A DNA stretch of 64,000 bases, from NCBI RefSeq assembly GCF_019264445.1, contig NZ_JAHVAB010000062.1, positions 16,663 to 80,662 on the forward strand, given 5' to 3'. Numbering within the stretch: the stretch's first letter is position 1; the number at the start of each line of letters is the position of its first letter. The DNA is from Hydrogenophaga sp. (GTDB lineage: Bacteria; Pseudomonadota; Gammaproteobacteria; Burkholderiales; Burkholderiaceae_C). The notes under the pieces are model-generated. The model was not told the origin of the DNA, did no database searches, and worked only from the letters and a program-made list of their open reading frames with translations. Both the position numbers and the translations under genes were made by a program. Shown here piece after piece: positions 52,032-62,985 of this stretch.

Positions 52032-53705
52032 ATGAGCGCCACCGCCATCGCGACACCGTCCACCGTCGACTACCGCACCGACCCCAGCCAGTACCGCCAC
52101 TGGAAGCTGTCCTTTGATGACCAGGTCGCCACGCTGGCCGTGGACATCAACGAAGACGCCGGCATCCGCCCCGGCTACAAGCTCAAGCTCAACAGCTACG
52201 ACCTGGGGGTGGACATCGAGCTGCACGATGCGCTCAACCGCATCCGTTTCGAGCACCCCGAAGTGCGCACCGTGGTCGTCACCAGCGCCAAGGACCGTGT
52301 GTTCTGCTCGGGCGCCAACATCTTCATGCTCGGTCTCTCCAGCCACGCCTGGAAAGTGAACTTCTGCAAGTTCACCAACGAGACCCGCAACGGCATCGAA
52401 GACTCCTCAAAGTACAGCGGGCTGAAGTTCCTCGCCGCCCTCAATGGCGCCTGTGCCGGTGGCGGCTACGAATTGGCCCTGGCCTGCGACGAAATCGTGC
52501 TGGTGGACGACCGCTCGTCCGCCGTGTCGCTGCCCGAAGTGCCGCTGCTGGGCGTGCTGCCCGGCACCGGCGGCCTCACCCGCGTGACCGACAAGCGCCA
52601 CGTGCGCCATGACCTGGCCGACATCTTCTGCACCACCAGCGAAGGTGTGCGTGGCCAGAAGGCGGTGGACTGGCGCCTGGTCGACTCGATCGCCAAGCCG
52701 CAGAAGTTTGCCGACCACGTGAAAGAGCGCGCCGCTGCGCTGGCCGCCCAGAGCGACCGCCCGGCCGGAGCCACAGGCGTGGCGCTGCCGCGCATCGAAC
52801 GCACCGACAGCGCCGACGGCATCAGCTACGCGCATGTGAATGTCGCCATCGACCGTGCCAAACGCAACGTCACGATCACGGTGAAGGCGCCCACTGGCGC
52901 GCAGCCCACCGACATCGCCGGCATTGAAGCCGCAGGCGCGGCCTGGTGGCCGCTGCAGATGGCGCGCGAGCTGGACGACGCCATCCTGTGCCTGCGCACC
53001 AACGAACTCGACATGGGCACCTGGCTGCTCAAGACCGAAGGCGACGCCGCGGCCGTGCTCGCCAGCGACGCACTGATGCTGGCCCACAAAGACCACTGGC
53101 TGGTGCGCGAAACCCTGGGCCTGATGCGCCGCACCTTTGCCCGCCTGGACGTGTCTTCGCGCAGCATCTTTGCGCTGATCGAATCCGGTTCGTGCTTCGC
53201 CGGTTCGCTCGCCGAGCTGGCCTTCTGCGCCGACCGTGCCTACATGCTGGCCCTGCCGGACGACGCCGATGCCGCGCCCAAGATGCAGCTCGGCGAGTTC
53301 AACTTCGGCTATCTGCCCATGGTGAACGAGCAGTCGCGCTTGCAGCGCCGCTTCTACGAAGAGACCGCGCCCATGGAAGCCGCACGCGGCGCCATCGGCA
53401 AGGCACTCGACGCCGACGCCGCCCTGGCGCTGGGCCTGGTGACGGCTGCGCCCGACGACATCGACTGGGCCGACGAGGTGCGCATGGCGCTCGAAGAGCG
53501 CGCGTCCATGTCGCCCGATGCGCTCACCGGCCTCGAAGCCAACCTGCGTTTCGCGCAGAAGGAAAACATGGCCACGCGCATCTTTGGCCGCCTCACCGCC
53601 TGGCAGAACTGGATCTTCATCCGCCCCAACGCTGTGGGCGAAAAGGGCGCGTTGAAGGTCTACGGCAAAGGCGACAAAGCGGCCTTCGATTTCAACCGCG
53701 TCTGA
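52032..53705 (+). CDS. boxC: 2,3-epoxybenzoyl-CoA dihydrolase
   Basis: Double crotonase fold; KLNSYDLGVDIEL, FCSGANI, LPEVPLLGVLPGTGG. Confidence 0.95.
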   Translation: MSATAIATPSTVDYRTDPSQYRHWKLSFDDQVATLAVDINEDAGIRPGYKLKLNSYDLGVDIELHDALNRIRFEHPEVRTVVVTSAKDRVFCSGANIFMLGLSSHAWKVNFCKFTNETRNGIEDSSKYSGLKFLAALNGACAGGGYELALACDEIVLVDDRSSAVSLPEVPLLGVLPGTGGLTRVTDKRHVRHDLADIFCTTSEGVRGQKAVDWRLVDSIAKPQKFADHVKERAAALAAQSDRPAGATGVALPRIERTDSADGISYAHVNVAIDRAKRNVTITVKAPTGAQPTDIAGIEAAGAAWWPLQMARELDDAILCLRTNELDMGTWLLKTEGDAAAVLASDALMLAHKDHWLVRETLGLMRRTFARLDVSSRSIFALIESGSCFAGSLAELAFCADRAYMLALPDDADAAPKMQLGEFNFGYLPMVNEQSRLQRRFYEETAPMEAARGAIGKALDADAALALGLVTAAPDDIDWADEVRMALEERASMSPDALTGLEANLRFAQKENMATRIFGRLTAWQNWIFIRPNAVGEKGALKVYGKGDKAAFDFNRV

Positions 53706-53808
53706 TGGCCGTTTGAATTTTTGAGTCTTGTTGTGCGGTGGGTGTCCCGGTGGAGCCAGCCGCAACCTCAGAGCAGTCCACCGCACGAAGCATCCGCAGG
53801 AGCACAAC

Positions 53809-55236
<1,428 letters not shown>

Positions 55237-55245
55237 TGTCCCCCA

Positions 55246-55270
55246 GGCGGGCCGGGACACCCGGCCCGCC
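55246..55270. other. Perfect 11-bp hairpin between boxB and boxA
   Basis: ggcgggccggg-aca-cccggcccgcc. May stabilise boxCB mRNA relative to boxA. Confidence 0.5.
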
Positions 55271-55327
55271 GTGCATTTCAACGGGCCACCTCTCTCCTAC
55301 ACTGTCTCGATCCCAGGAGACACGAAC

Positions 55328-56629
55328 ATGAACGCTGTTGCTGAAATCGCTGTCATCAAGCAGCACCTGATCGACCCGGAAATCTGCATCCGCTGCAACA
55401 CCTGCGAGGCCACCTGCCCCGTGGGTGCGATCACACACGACAACGTCAATTACGTCGTGGATGCGGAGAAGTGCAACCTGTGCATGGCCTGCATCTCGCC
55501 ATGCCCCACCGGCTCGATCGACAACTGGCGCACCATGCCGCGCGTGCGCGCCTACACCGTCGAGGAACAGCTCACCTGGGAGGAACTGCCCGCCGAGCTG
55601 CCACCCGAAGAGCTGGAGGGCTTGGAGGCGCCCGACGCCAGCGTGTCCGTGGCCACGCCGCCTGCCGCTCCCCCTGCCGTGGTGCAGGACCCCAGCGGTG
55701 AAGCGTCTTTCAATTCGTCCGCCTTTGGCGCAACGCTGCCGCCCTGGTCGGCCGCGCACGCCTACAGCAACCTCTACGGCCCCAAGGCCGCGCAGAAAAC
55801 CGTGACCGCCACCGTGGTGGGCAATGTGCGCGTGACCGAAGTGGGCAAGACGGCGGGCAGCGACTACGACACCCACCACATCGTGCTCGACTTCGGCGCC
55901 ATGCCCTTCCCGGTGCTGGAAGGCCAGAGCATCGGCATCGTGCCGCCCGGGGTCGACGAGATCGGGCGCCGGCACCATGCGCGCCAGTACTCCATTGCCA
56001 GCCCGCGCAATGGCGAGCGACCGGGTTACAACAACCTGTCGCTGACCATCAAGCGCGTGCTCGAAGACCACGACGGTGAGCCCGTGCGCGGTGTGGCCAG
56101 CAACTACATGTGCGACCTGAAAGTGGGCGACAAGGTCGAGGTGATCGGGCCGTTCGGCACCAGTTTCCTGATGCCCAACCACCCCAAGAGCCACATCGTG
56201 ATGATCTGCACCGGCACGGGCAGCGCGCCGATGCGCGCCATGACCGAGTGGCGGCGGCGTCTGCGGGCCTCGGGCAAGTTCGAGAGCGGCAAGCTCATGC
56301 TGTTCTTCGGTGCCCGCACGCAGGAAGAGCTGCCGTACTTCGGCCCGCTGCAGAGCCTGCCCAAGGATTTCATCGACACCAACTTCGCGTTCAGCCGCAC
56401 GCCGGGCCAGCCCAAGCGCTACGTGCAGGACGTGATGCGCGAGCGCGCGGCCGACCTCACCGTGCTGCTGCAGGACCCCAACGCCTACTTCTACGTCTGT
56501 GGCCTGAAGAGCATGGAAGAGGGTGTGGTGCTGGCCCTGCGCGACGTGGCGCACGGCGCCGGGCTGGACTGGGACACGGTGGGCGGTGCGCTCAAGCGCG
56601 AAGGGCGCCTGCACCTCGAGACGTACTAG
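55328..56629 (+). CDS. boxA: Benzoyl-CoA 2,3-epoxidase reductase subunit
   Basis: [11 protein letters not shown] and [24 protein letters not shown], ends HLETY (FNR family). Confidence 0.96.
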   Translation: MNAVAEIAVIKQHLIDPEICIRCNTCEATCPVGAITHDNVNYVVDAEKCNLCMACISPCPTGSIDNWRTMPRVRAYTVEEQLTWEELPAELPPEELEGLEAPDASVSVATPPAAPPAVVQDPSGEASFNSSAFGATLPPWSAAHAYSNLYGPKAAQKTVTATVVGNVRVTEVGKTAGSDYDTHHIVLDFGAMPFPVLEGQSIGIVPPGVDEIGRRHHARQYSIASPRNGERPGYNNLSLTIKRVLEDHDGEPVRGVASNYMCDLKVGDKVEVIGPFGTSFLMPNHPKSHIVMICTGTGSAPMRAMTEWRRRLRASGKFESGKLMLFFGARTQEELPYFGPLQSLPKDFIDTNFAFSRTPGQPKRYVQDVMRERAADLTVLLQDPNAYFYVCGLKSMEEGVVLALRDVAHGAGLDWDTVGGALKREGRLHLETY

Positions 56630-56635
56630 ACGTTC

Positions 56636-56716
56636 CACCCCCCGCGCCGCGCCTGCGGCGCGTCACCCCCCAGGGGGCGACACCTGATGCCCGGCAAAGC
56701 CGGTTCCTCGGTGTCC
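56636..56716. repeat. Multi-hairpin GC-rich element after boxA (possible dispersed repeat)
   Basis: Nested stems gcgccgc/gcggcgc, cccc/gggg, gacacc/ggtgtc and ccgg-caaag-ccgg. Single copy in this window. Confidence 0.4.
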
Positions 56717-56843
56717 TGGTTCTGCGGCCTTTTCTGTCGTGCGGTTTTGTCAGGGTTTCCCCTTCCAAGCCGCAGTGGGCGGCGGGGAGATGCGGCTCGC
56801 GGTGGGCTACCCCCGGGGGGATGGCTTACATTGCGGTCTTCCT

Positions 56844-57476
56844 ATGAAGATTGAACATATGTCGAGCGCCCCCCGTCAACGCCCTGCCATCGAGGTCGAT
56901 GTCGTCATGCGCCGCGAGCCGGTGAGTGGGCCGATGAGCCGCTGGCAGGCCTGGCGCTGGGTGCTGGCCGACGTGATGGTGCGCAGCGAGCCCGAAGACA
57001 CGGGCGAGCAGCCGCCCGACGAACCACACGAACCACAAGCCGTGGAGCCGCTGGACGCCAGCACCGCCGACGCGCAGTCCACGCACTGGCTGTTCCCGCG
57101 CTACCGGGTCGAGCTGTTTCGCGACGACGCCGAGGGCTACTTTCTCAACCTCAACAGCCCCGGTCCCTGCTTCTGGGTGTTCTGGCGTGCGGACGAGGCG
57201 CGCCTGCTCGACGGCGAGCCCATGGCGGTGCCACAGATCGTCACGCTGAGCTACCACGACGCGGGCCGCTGGCTCGATGCGCAGGAACGCGTGGACCAGG
57301 TGCCCGCGCCCGACGAGGTGGTGGCGTGGCTGCGCGGTTTTGTGGACACCACCTACCAGCCCGAGCCCAAGCGCCGCAAGCGCCCCGACAGCTTCAAACC
57401 CCTGACCGACCGCTTTGGCCAGCCCGTGCGCATCAGCACCGAGAAGCTGCGCGGCGGCGGGCCGCCCGGGCGCTGA
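56844..57476 (+). CDS. DUF3305 family protein (FDH-associated)
   Basis: VVMRRE...WQAWRW, ELFRDDAEGYFLNL, TLSYHDAGRWLD, PEPKRRKRP. Confidence 0.85.
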   Translation: MKIEHMSSAPRQRPAIEVDVVMRREPVSGPMSRWQAWRWVLADVMVRSEPEDTGEQPPDEPHEPQAVEPLDASTADAQSTHWLFPRYRVELFRDDAEGYFLNLNSPGPCFWVFWRADEARLLDGEPMAVPQIVTLSYHDAGRWLDAQERVDQVPAPDEVVAWLRGFVDTTYQPEPKRRKRPDSFKPLTDRFGQPVRISTEKLRGGGPPGR

Positions 57477-57478
57477 CC

Positions 57479-58153
57479 ATGGCCCAGGAAGACGACGGCT
57501 TTTTCTCGCGCTGGTCGCGGCGCAAGGCGCAGGTGCGCACTGGCGAGCCGCTGCCCGCCGAGCCGCCTGCGCCTGCCGCCGCCGCACCGGTCGCGGCCGC
57601 GGTCACGCCCGCTGCCGTGGCTGCACCCGCTGCACCTGCAGTTCCCGCCGCGCCAGCCGAAGCCCCGCCCGAGCCCCCTCCACAGCTCACCCTGGACGAC
57701 GTGGCCCGCCTCACGCCCGAGTCCGACTACGCCGCGTTTGTGGCGCGCGATGTGCCCGCCAACGTGCGCAACGCCGCCGTGAAGAAGCTCTTCACCGACC
57801 CGCACTACAACGTGATGGACGGGCTCGACATCTACATCGACGACTACTCCAAGCCCAGCCCGCTGTCGCCGCTTGAAGTGGCCAAGATGGTGGGTGCGCA
57901 GTTCCTCAAGCTGGTGGACGACCCCAACGAGCCGCCGCCCGCCGCCCTTGCTGCGGCGCAAGGCCCGGCAGCGCCAGCGAGCGCCGAACCTCTCACCGAC
58001 ACCCCTCAGCCGCGCGACCACGACGGCGTGGCCACCGCCCAAGACCCCACCGATTCCGAACCAACGGAACCTCCCCACGATGACCACGCTGATCTGCAAC
58101 TGCAACCAGACGATGACGCTCAACCCCCGGGTACTGAGCGACGCGCTGGATGA
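57479..58153 (+). CDS. DUF3306 family protein (FDH-associated)
   Basis: FFSRWSRRK, Pro/Ala linker, LTPESDYAAF, KKLFTDPHYNVMDGLDIYIDDY. Confidence 0.87.
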   Translation: MAQEDDGFFSRWSRRKAQVRTGEPLPAEPPAPAAAAPVAAAVTPAAVAAPAAPAVPAAPAEAPPEPPPQLTLDDVARLTPESDYAAFVARDVPANVRNAAVKKLFTDPHYNVMDGLDIYIDDYSKPSPLSPLEVAKMVGAQFLKLVDDPNEPPPAALAAAQGPAAPASAEPLTDTPQPRDHDGVATAQDPTDSEPTEPPHDDHADLQLQPDDDAQPPGTERRAG

Positions 58154-60182
58154 AGACCTGACCCTGCACACCTCGCTGTGCCGCCGCGACGCGCCCGCCT
58201 TCCAGAAAGCCTGCCGCAGCAGCGACGAACTGGTGGTGGCCTGCACGCAGGAGAGCCGCCTCTTCACCGAACTCTCGGACCAGACCGAGGGTGCGGTGTC
58301 GCTGGATGTGCGCCCGATCCGTTTCGTGAACATCCGAGAAACCGGTGGCTGGAGCCGCGAGGGCGCGCAGGCCAGCCCGAAGATGGCCGCGCTGCTGGCC
58401 GCCGCGCGCCTGCCCGACGCCGAGCCCGTGCCCACCGTCACCTACAAGAGCGCCGGACGCCTGCTGATCATTGGCGCGCTCGACCAGAGCGAGGCCATCG
58501 CCGAGCGCGTGGCCGATGTGCTGGAGGTCAGCCTCATGAGCACCGGCGGCGCCGGCATGCAGGCGCGCCGCTACCCCGTGATGGCCGGCGAGCTGCAGCA
58601 CGTGCAGGGCTGGCTCGGCGCGTTTGACGTGCAGTGGCAGACGAACAACCCGATTGACCTGGACCTGTGCACCCGCTGCAACGCCTGCCTGTCGGCCTGC
58701 CCGGAAGACGCCATCGGCCTGGACTACCAGATCGACATGAGCAAGTGCCAGAGCCACCGCGCCTGCGTGAAAGCCTGCGACGCGGTGGGTGCCATCAACT
58801 TCCAGCGCGACGCCCAGGAGCACACCGAGCGCTTTGACATCGTGCTCGACCTGCGCGAGGCGCCCGCATTCACCCAGCACGCCCATCCGCAGGGCTACTT
58901 TCACCTGCCGGGTGGCTTGCGGGCCGACGCGGCGCTGGCCACGCTCATGCAGCTGCGCGAGCTGGTGGGCGAGTTCGAGAAACCGAAGTTCTTCAACTAC
59001 AAGCAGAAGCTGTGCGCGCACGGCCGCAACGAAACCGTGGGCTGCAACGCCTGCGTCGAGATCTGCTCGGCCCTGGCCATTCGCAGCGACGTGCAGCGCA
59101 ACCAGATCGTGGTCAACCCCAACCTGTGCGTGGGCTGCGGTGCGTGCACCACGGTGTGCCCCACCGGCGCGCTGACGTATGCGTACCCGCGCGCCAGCGA
59201 GCAGGGCGTGAAGCTGCGCACCCTGCTGGCCACCTACGCGAAGGCCGGTGGCAAAGACGCAGCGCTGCTGCTGCACAGTGAAGTGGCTGGCGCAGCGCTT
59301 GTCCACGAGGCGGGCCGCTCGGCATCGCTCCAGCCCAAGGGCGCGCGCGGGCTGCCGGCGCGCGTCATCCCCATGCCGCTGTGGCACACCGCCTCCATCG
59401 GTCTGGACGTGTGGCTCTCGGCCTTTGCCTATGGCGCCTCGCAGGTGTGGGTGCTGATGACCGGCGAAGAAGCGCCGCAATACCGCGACGCGGTGCGCGA
59501 ACAGATGGCGGTGGCGCAGGCCATCGTCAGCGGCCTGGGCTACAGCGGGCGCCACTTCCGCCTGATCGAGGCGCGCGACGCCAAGGCCCTGGAGGCCGCG
59601 CTGGCCGATGCGCCCGCGCAGACCGTCAAGCGCCGCGGCACCTTTGCCATTCAGGGCGAGAAGCGCGCCACGGTCGAGCTCGCGCTCGATCACCTGTTGC
59701 AAGACAGCGCGGCCCAACGCGCACCGGCGGAGGCCATCGCACTGCCTGGCGCTTCGCTGCTGGGTGCCATCAACGTCAACAAGGACGCCTGCACCCTTTG
59801 CCTGAGCTGCGTGAGCGCCTGCCCGGCCAGCGCCTTGCAGGACAACACCGAGCGTCCGCAGCTGCGCTTCATTGAAAAGAACTGCGTGCAGTGCGGCCTG
59901 TGCGCCAGCACCTGCCCGGAAGACGCGATCACGCTGCAGCCGCGCCTGCTGCTGGGCGAACAACGCAAGCAGCTGCGTGTGCTCAACGAGGCGCAGCCCT
60001 ACCACTGCATCCGCTGCGCCAAACCTTTTGGCACGCTCAAGGGCATCGAGATGATGCTGGGCAAGCTCGCGGGACACTCGATGTTCCAGGGCGAAGCGCT
60101 GGAGCGCCTGAAAATGTGTGGCGACTGCCGCGTGGTGGACCTCTATTCCAATCCGGGCGAGTCCCGCATCACCGATCTCTGA
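58080..60182 (+). CDS. Multi-[4Fe-4S] polyferredoxin-like protein (FDH-associated)
   Basis: CTRCNACLSAC, CQSHRACVKAC, CAH...GCNACVEIC, CVGCGACTTVC, CTLCLSCVSAC, CVQCGLCASTC, CIRC...CGDC. Confidence 0.88.
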   Translation: MTTLICNCNQTMTLNPRVLSDALDEDLTLHTSLCRRDAPAFQKACRSSDELVVACTQESRLFTELSDQTEGAVSLDVRPIRFVNIRETGGWSREGAQASPKMAALLAAARLPDAEPVPTVTYKSAGRLLIIGALDQSEAIAERVADVLEVSLMSTGGAGMQARRYPVMAGELQHVQGWLGAFDVQWQTNNPIDLDLCTRCNACLSACPEDAIGLDYQIDMSKCQSHRACVKACDAVGAINFQRDAQEHTERFDIVLDLREAPAFTQHAHPQGYFHLPGGLRADAALATLMQLRELVGEFEKPKFFNYKQKLCAHGRNETVGCNACVEICSALAIRSDVQRNQIVVNPNLCVGCGACTTVCPTGALTYAYPRASEQGVKLRTLLATYAKAGGKDAALLLHSEVAGAALVHEAGRSASLQPKGARGLPARVIPMPLWHTASIGLDVWLSAFAYGASQVWVLMTGEEAPQYRDAVREQMAVAQAIVSGLGYSGRHFRLIEARDAKALEAALADAPAQTVKRRGTFAIQGEKRATVELALDHLLQDSAAQRAPAEAIALPGASLLGAINVNKDACTLCLSCVSACPASALQDNTERPQLRFIEKNCVQCGLCASTCPEDAITLQPRLLLGEQRKQLRVLNEAQPYHCIRCAKPFGTLKGIEMMLGKLAGHSMFQGEALERLKMCGDCRVVDLYSNPGESRITDL

Positions 60183-60195
60183 ACCGCACACCGCC

Positions 60196-60813
60196 ATGAA
60201 CAACGCCATTCCTGTCTCCTCTGCCCTGGACGAAGAAACCGCCCGCGCCGAGGTGTATGGCCTGCTGGCCGCGCTGTACTACGCGCCACCCTCGACCGAG
60301 TTGATGGCGCAGCTGCGCGTGGCCGTCACGGAAGCGCCTGCGGCGGGCGGCTTTCTTGAAGAGCCCTGGCGCGAGGTGGTCGCCGCCGCGCGTGCGCTGA
60401 GCGACGACGAGGTGGCCACCGAATACGACGCCCTGTTTGGCGGCGTGGGCAAGCCCGAGGTGTATGTGTTCGGCTCGCACTACCTGAGCGGCTTCCTGAA
60501 CGAAAAGCCGCTGGCGGCGCTGCGCAACGACCTGGCCGCGCTGGGTCTGGCGCGCGACGAGGCGATGCCCGAGACCGAGGACCACGTGGCCTACCTGTGC
60601 GAGGTCATGCGCTACCTGATCGCGGGCGACGACGTGACGGTGGCCAACCTCACCCAGCAGCAAAAGTTTTTCACCACCCACCTGCAGCCGTGGGTGCTGC
60701 AGATGTGCGATGCCATTGCCGCGCACCACCGCGCGCGCTTCTATGCCGCGCTGGCTGGCTTCACCCGGGCGTTCGTCAACGTGGAGGCGCAGGGCTTTGA
60801 CATGCTGACGTGA
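60196..60813 (+). CDS. TorD/DmsD family molybdoenzyme maturation chaperone
   Basis: EYDALFGG, GSHYLSGFLNEKPL, ETEDHVAYLCE, HLQPW. Confidence 0.9.
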   Translation: MNNAIPVSSALDEETARAEVYGLLAALYYAPPSTELMAQLRVAVTEAPAAGGFLEEPWREVVAAARALSDDEVATEYDALFGGVGKPEVYVFGSHYLSGFLNEKPLAALRNDLAALGLARDEAMPETEDHVAYLCEVMRYLIAGDDVTVANLTQQQKFFTTHLQPWVLQMCDAIAAHHRARFYAALAGFTRAFVNVEAQGFDMLT

Positions 60814-60817
60814 CCGG

Positions 60818-60840
60818 TGGCGCCGCGTCGCGCGGCGTCA
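60818..60840. terminator. Hairpin between the convergent TorD and histidine kinase genes
   Basis: tggcgccgcg-tcg-cgcggcgtca. Confidence 0.4.
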
Positions 60841-60849
60841 TGCAGCGCG

Positions 60850-62985
60850 TCAAAGCGCCCCGGGTCTGCCGTCTCGCGTTGAAGCCGCATCCGGCGCCTG
60901 CGGCTCCGTCAGCAGGGCCACGCAAAACGCAGCGCCCTTCTCAGCTGGCCGGTTCCCCGCCGTGATGTGGCCGCCGTAGCGTTCCACCAACCCCTGGCTG
61001 ATCCACAGGCCCAGGCCGTTGCCATCGTTCTTGGTGGTGAAGAAGGGCCGGAAGAGGCGCTCGAGCACCTCGGGTGAAAGCCCGCTGCCGCTGTCAAGCA
61101 CGCACAAGCGCACGCCCACGCGGCCTTGTTCGTCCGCCCAGTCGCGCGTCTCCAGCCGCAGCGTGCCGCCCTCGGGCATGGCCTGGATGGCGTTGATCAG
61201 CAGGTTGATGATCACCTGTTGCAGCTCCTGCCGGTTGCAACCCGCGCGGCGTGAGGCCTGCAGGTCTTGCTGCACCGCAATGCTCGTCTGCGCGAGCAGA
61301 TGCCCGACGAGCACCAGGCAGTCGTGCACGGTGCGGTTGATGTCCAGCGTCTCCACATAGCCCGCGTATTCGGTGGGCCTTGCGTATTGCAGCAGCTGCG
61401 TGACGATGATGCGCATGCGCTCGACCTGTTCGTCCAGCAGCTTGAGCTCCGACTTCACCGGCTCGCCCGCCACGCCCAGCGTCTCGCGCATCAGGTCGAG
61501 GTTGCCCTGCATCACCGCAATCGGGTTGTTGATCTCGTGCGCGATGCTGGCGGTCAACTGCCCGATGGCGGCCAGCTTCTCGCTCTTCACCAGTTGCTGT
61601 TGCGCCATCTGCAGCGACGCGTTGCTGGCCTCCAGCTCGCGTGTGCGCTCGGCCACCTTGTGGTCCAGCTCCTCGCCCCAGCGGCGCAGCGCGCTGGTCT
61701 TGTCGTCGATCACATCCAGCAGCTCGTCCAGGTGCCCGGCCAGCGCACCCAGTTCGTCGCGCGCCGCCAGCTGGCCCACGCGCGCCTGCGACTGGCCTTC
61801 TTCCACCAGTTGCATGGTGCGGTTCATGCGTTGCACGGGCAGAAAAATGCTGCGCGCCCAGCGCAGCGAGAACCACGCCGAGAGCGCCATCACGCCCAGG
61901 AAGATCAGCCCCATCGCACCCAGCATGGCGTAGCGCACGAGGCGAAAGGGCGCTTCCAGGTAGCCCACGTAGAGCATGCCGATGCGCTGGTCGTTGGCGT
62001 CGAGCAGCGGCTGGTAGGCCGAGACGTACCAGTCGTTGACCACGAAGGCGCGGTCCAGCCAGGTCTGGCCCCGGCCGAGCACGGCGTCGCGCACCGTTTG
62101 CGACACGCGCGTGCCGATGGCGCGCTGGTCCTGGAACAGCCGCACGTTGGTGGTGATGCGCACGTCGTCCATGAACAGCGTGGCCGTGCCCTGGCTGCCG
62201 AAGGGCAGCGCGCCTTCGGGGTAGACGATGCGGTTGATGTGGTCGATGAAATCGAGGTTCTGGTTCAGCAGCAGACCACCGGCCAGCACCGCGATGGTCT
62301 GGCCGGACGTGTCGCGCACCGGGTGCGTGGCCAGCATGACCATGGCGCGGTGCTCGGTTTCGCGCGTGGCGGGCGCGGCGTTGCGCGTGGCCACCAGCGG
62401 AATGCGCAGGCGCGGCGCCAGGTGGGGCGCAAGGGCTTCCAGCGCATCGGGCTCCAGCAGCAGCAGACGTGCGCGGGAGTCGTTGCGGGCCGCCTGCAGC
62501 GCGCCACCCAAGGCTTGCGGCATGAGCCCGATGGGTGTGCTGGCATCGCCACGGCTCAGGCCCGAGGGCACGGCGCGCGCCAGCGGTTTGCCCAGCGGGT
62601 CGTACAGCAGCAGGAAGTCGAGCGACAGCCGTTCGCGCGCCAGTGCGAGTTGCTCGTTGAGGCCGCCACGCGGTGCGCCGCCGCCAGGGCGCAAGGCGGC
62701 ATACAGCGCCTGCGAGCCGGCCACACCGAGCGTGCCGGAGCCCACCTCGCTGAGCACCTGCTCGAAGTACCCGTGCGCCACCGCGAGGTCGCTGCGCACT
62801 TTGGTGATGAGCAGCCGGTCGTACGCCACATTGCCCCACAGCGCCAGCGCAATCACCAGCATGGGAAACGCCACCAGCAAGGGCAGCAGCGCCATGGCCA
62901 GCAGCTTGTTGCGAACCGAGCCGGCCAGCCAGCCGGGCGTGCGCCAGGCCAGGCGCGGCGCGGGTGATGTCACAGGCTGTTCCAT
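60850..62985 (-). CDS. Cache-domain sensor histidine kinase with HAMP domain
   Basis: Two TM segments, periplasmic Cache ([24 protein letters not shown]), H-box [10 protein letters not shown] boxes (NAIQAM, DSGSG, GLGLWI). Confidence 0.92.
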   Translation of the reverse strand: MEQPVTSPAPRLAWRTPGWLAGSVRNKLLAMALLPLLVAFPMLVIALALWGNVAYDRLLITKVRSDLAVAHGYFEQVLSEVGSGTLGVAGSQALYAALRPGGGAPRGGLNEQLALARERLSLDFLLLYDPLGKPLARAVPSGLSRGDASTPIGLMPQALGGALQAARNDSRARLLLLEPDALEALAPHLAPRLRIPLVATRNAAPATRETEHRAMVMLATHPVRDTSGQTIAVLAGGLLLNQNLDFIDHINRIVYPEGALPFGSQGTATLFMDDVRITTNVRLFQDQRAIGTRVSQTVRDAVLGRGQTWLDRAFVVNDWYVSAYQPLLDANDQRIGMLYVGYLEAPFRLVRYAMLGAMGLIFLGVMALSAWFSLRWARSIFLPVQRMNRTMQLVEEGQSQARVGQLAARDELGALAGHLDELLDVIDDKTSALRRWGEELDHKVAERTRELEASNASLQMAQQQLVKSEKLAAIGQLTASIAHEINNPIAVMQGNLDLMRETLGVAGEPVKSELKLLDEQVERMRIIVTQLLQYARPTEYAGYVETLDINRTVHDCLVLVGHLLAQTSIAVQQDLQASRRAGCNRQELQQVIINLLINAIQAMPEGGTLRLETRDWADEQGRVGVRLCVLDSGSGLSPEVLERLFRPFFTTKNDGNGLGLWISQGLVERYGGHITAGNRPAEKGAAFCVALLTEPQAPDAASTRDGRPGAL

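Noticed and set aside
56810-56836. TGGC...TTGC as a sigma54 promoter for DUF3305 (and TGGC...TGCA near 15718-15734)
   Set aside because: GG-to-GC spacing is 8 and 11 nt respectively, not the required 10.
56630-56843. Possible Moco/tungsten riboswitch upstream of the FDH-accessory operon
   Set aside because: I could not recognise the conserved Moco RNA motif segments. An Infernal search with the Rfam Moco model would be needed to exclude it formally.
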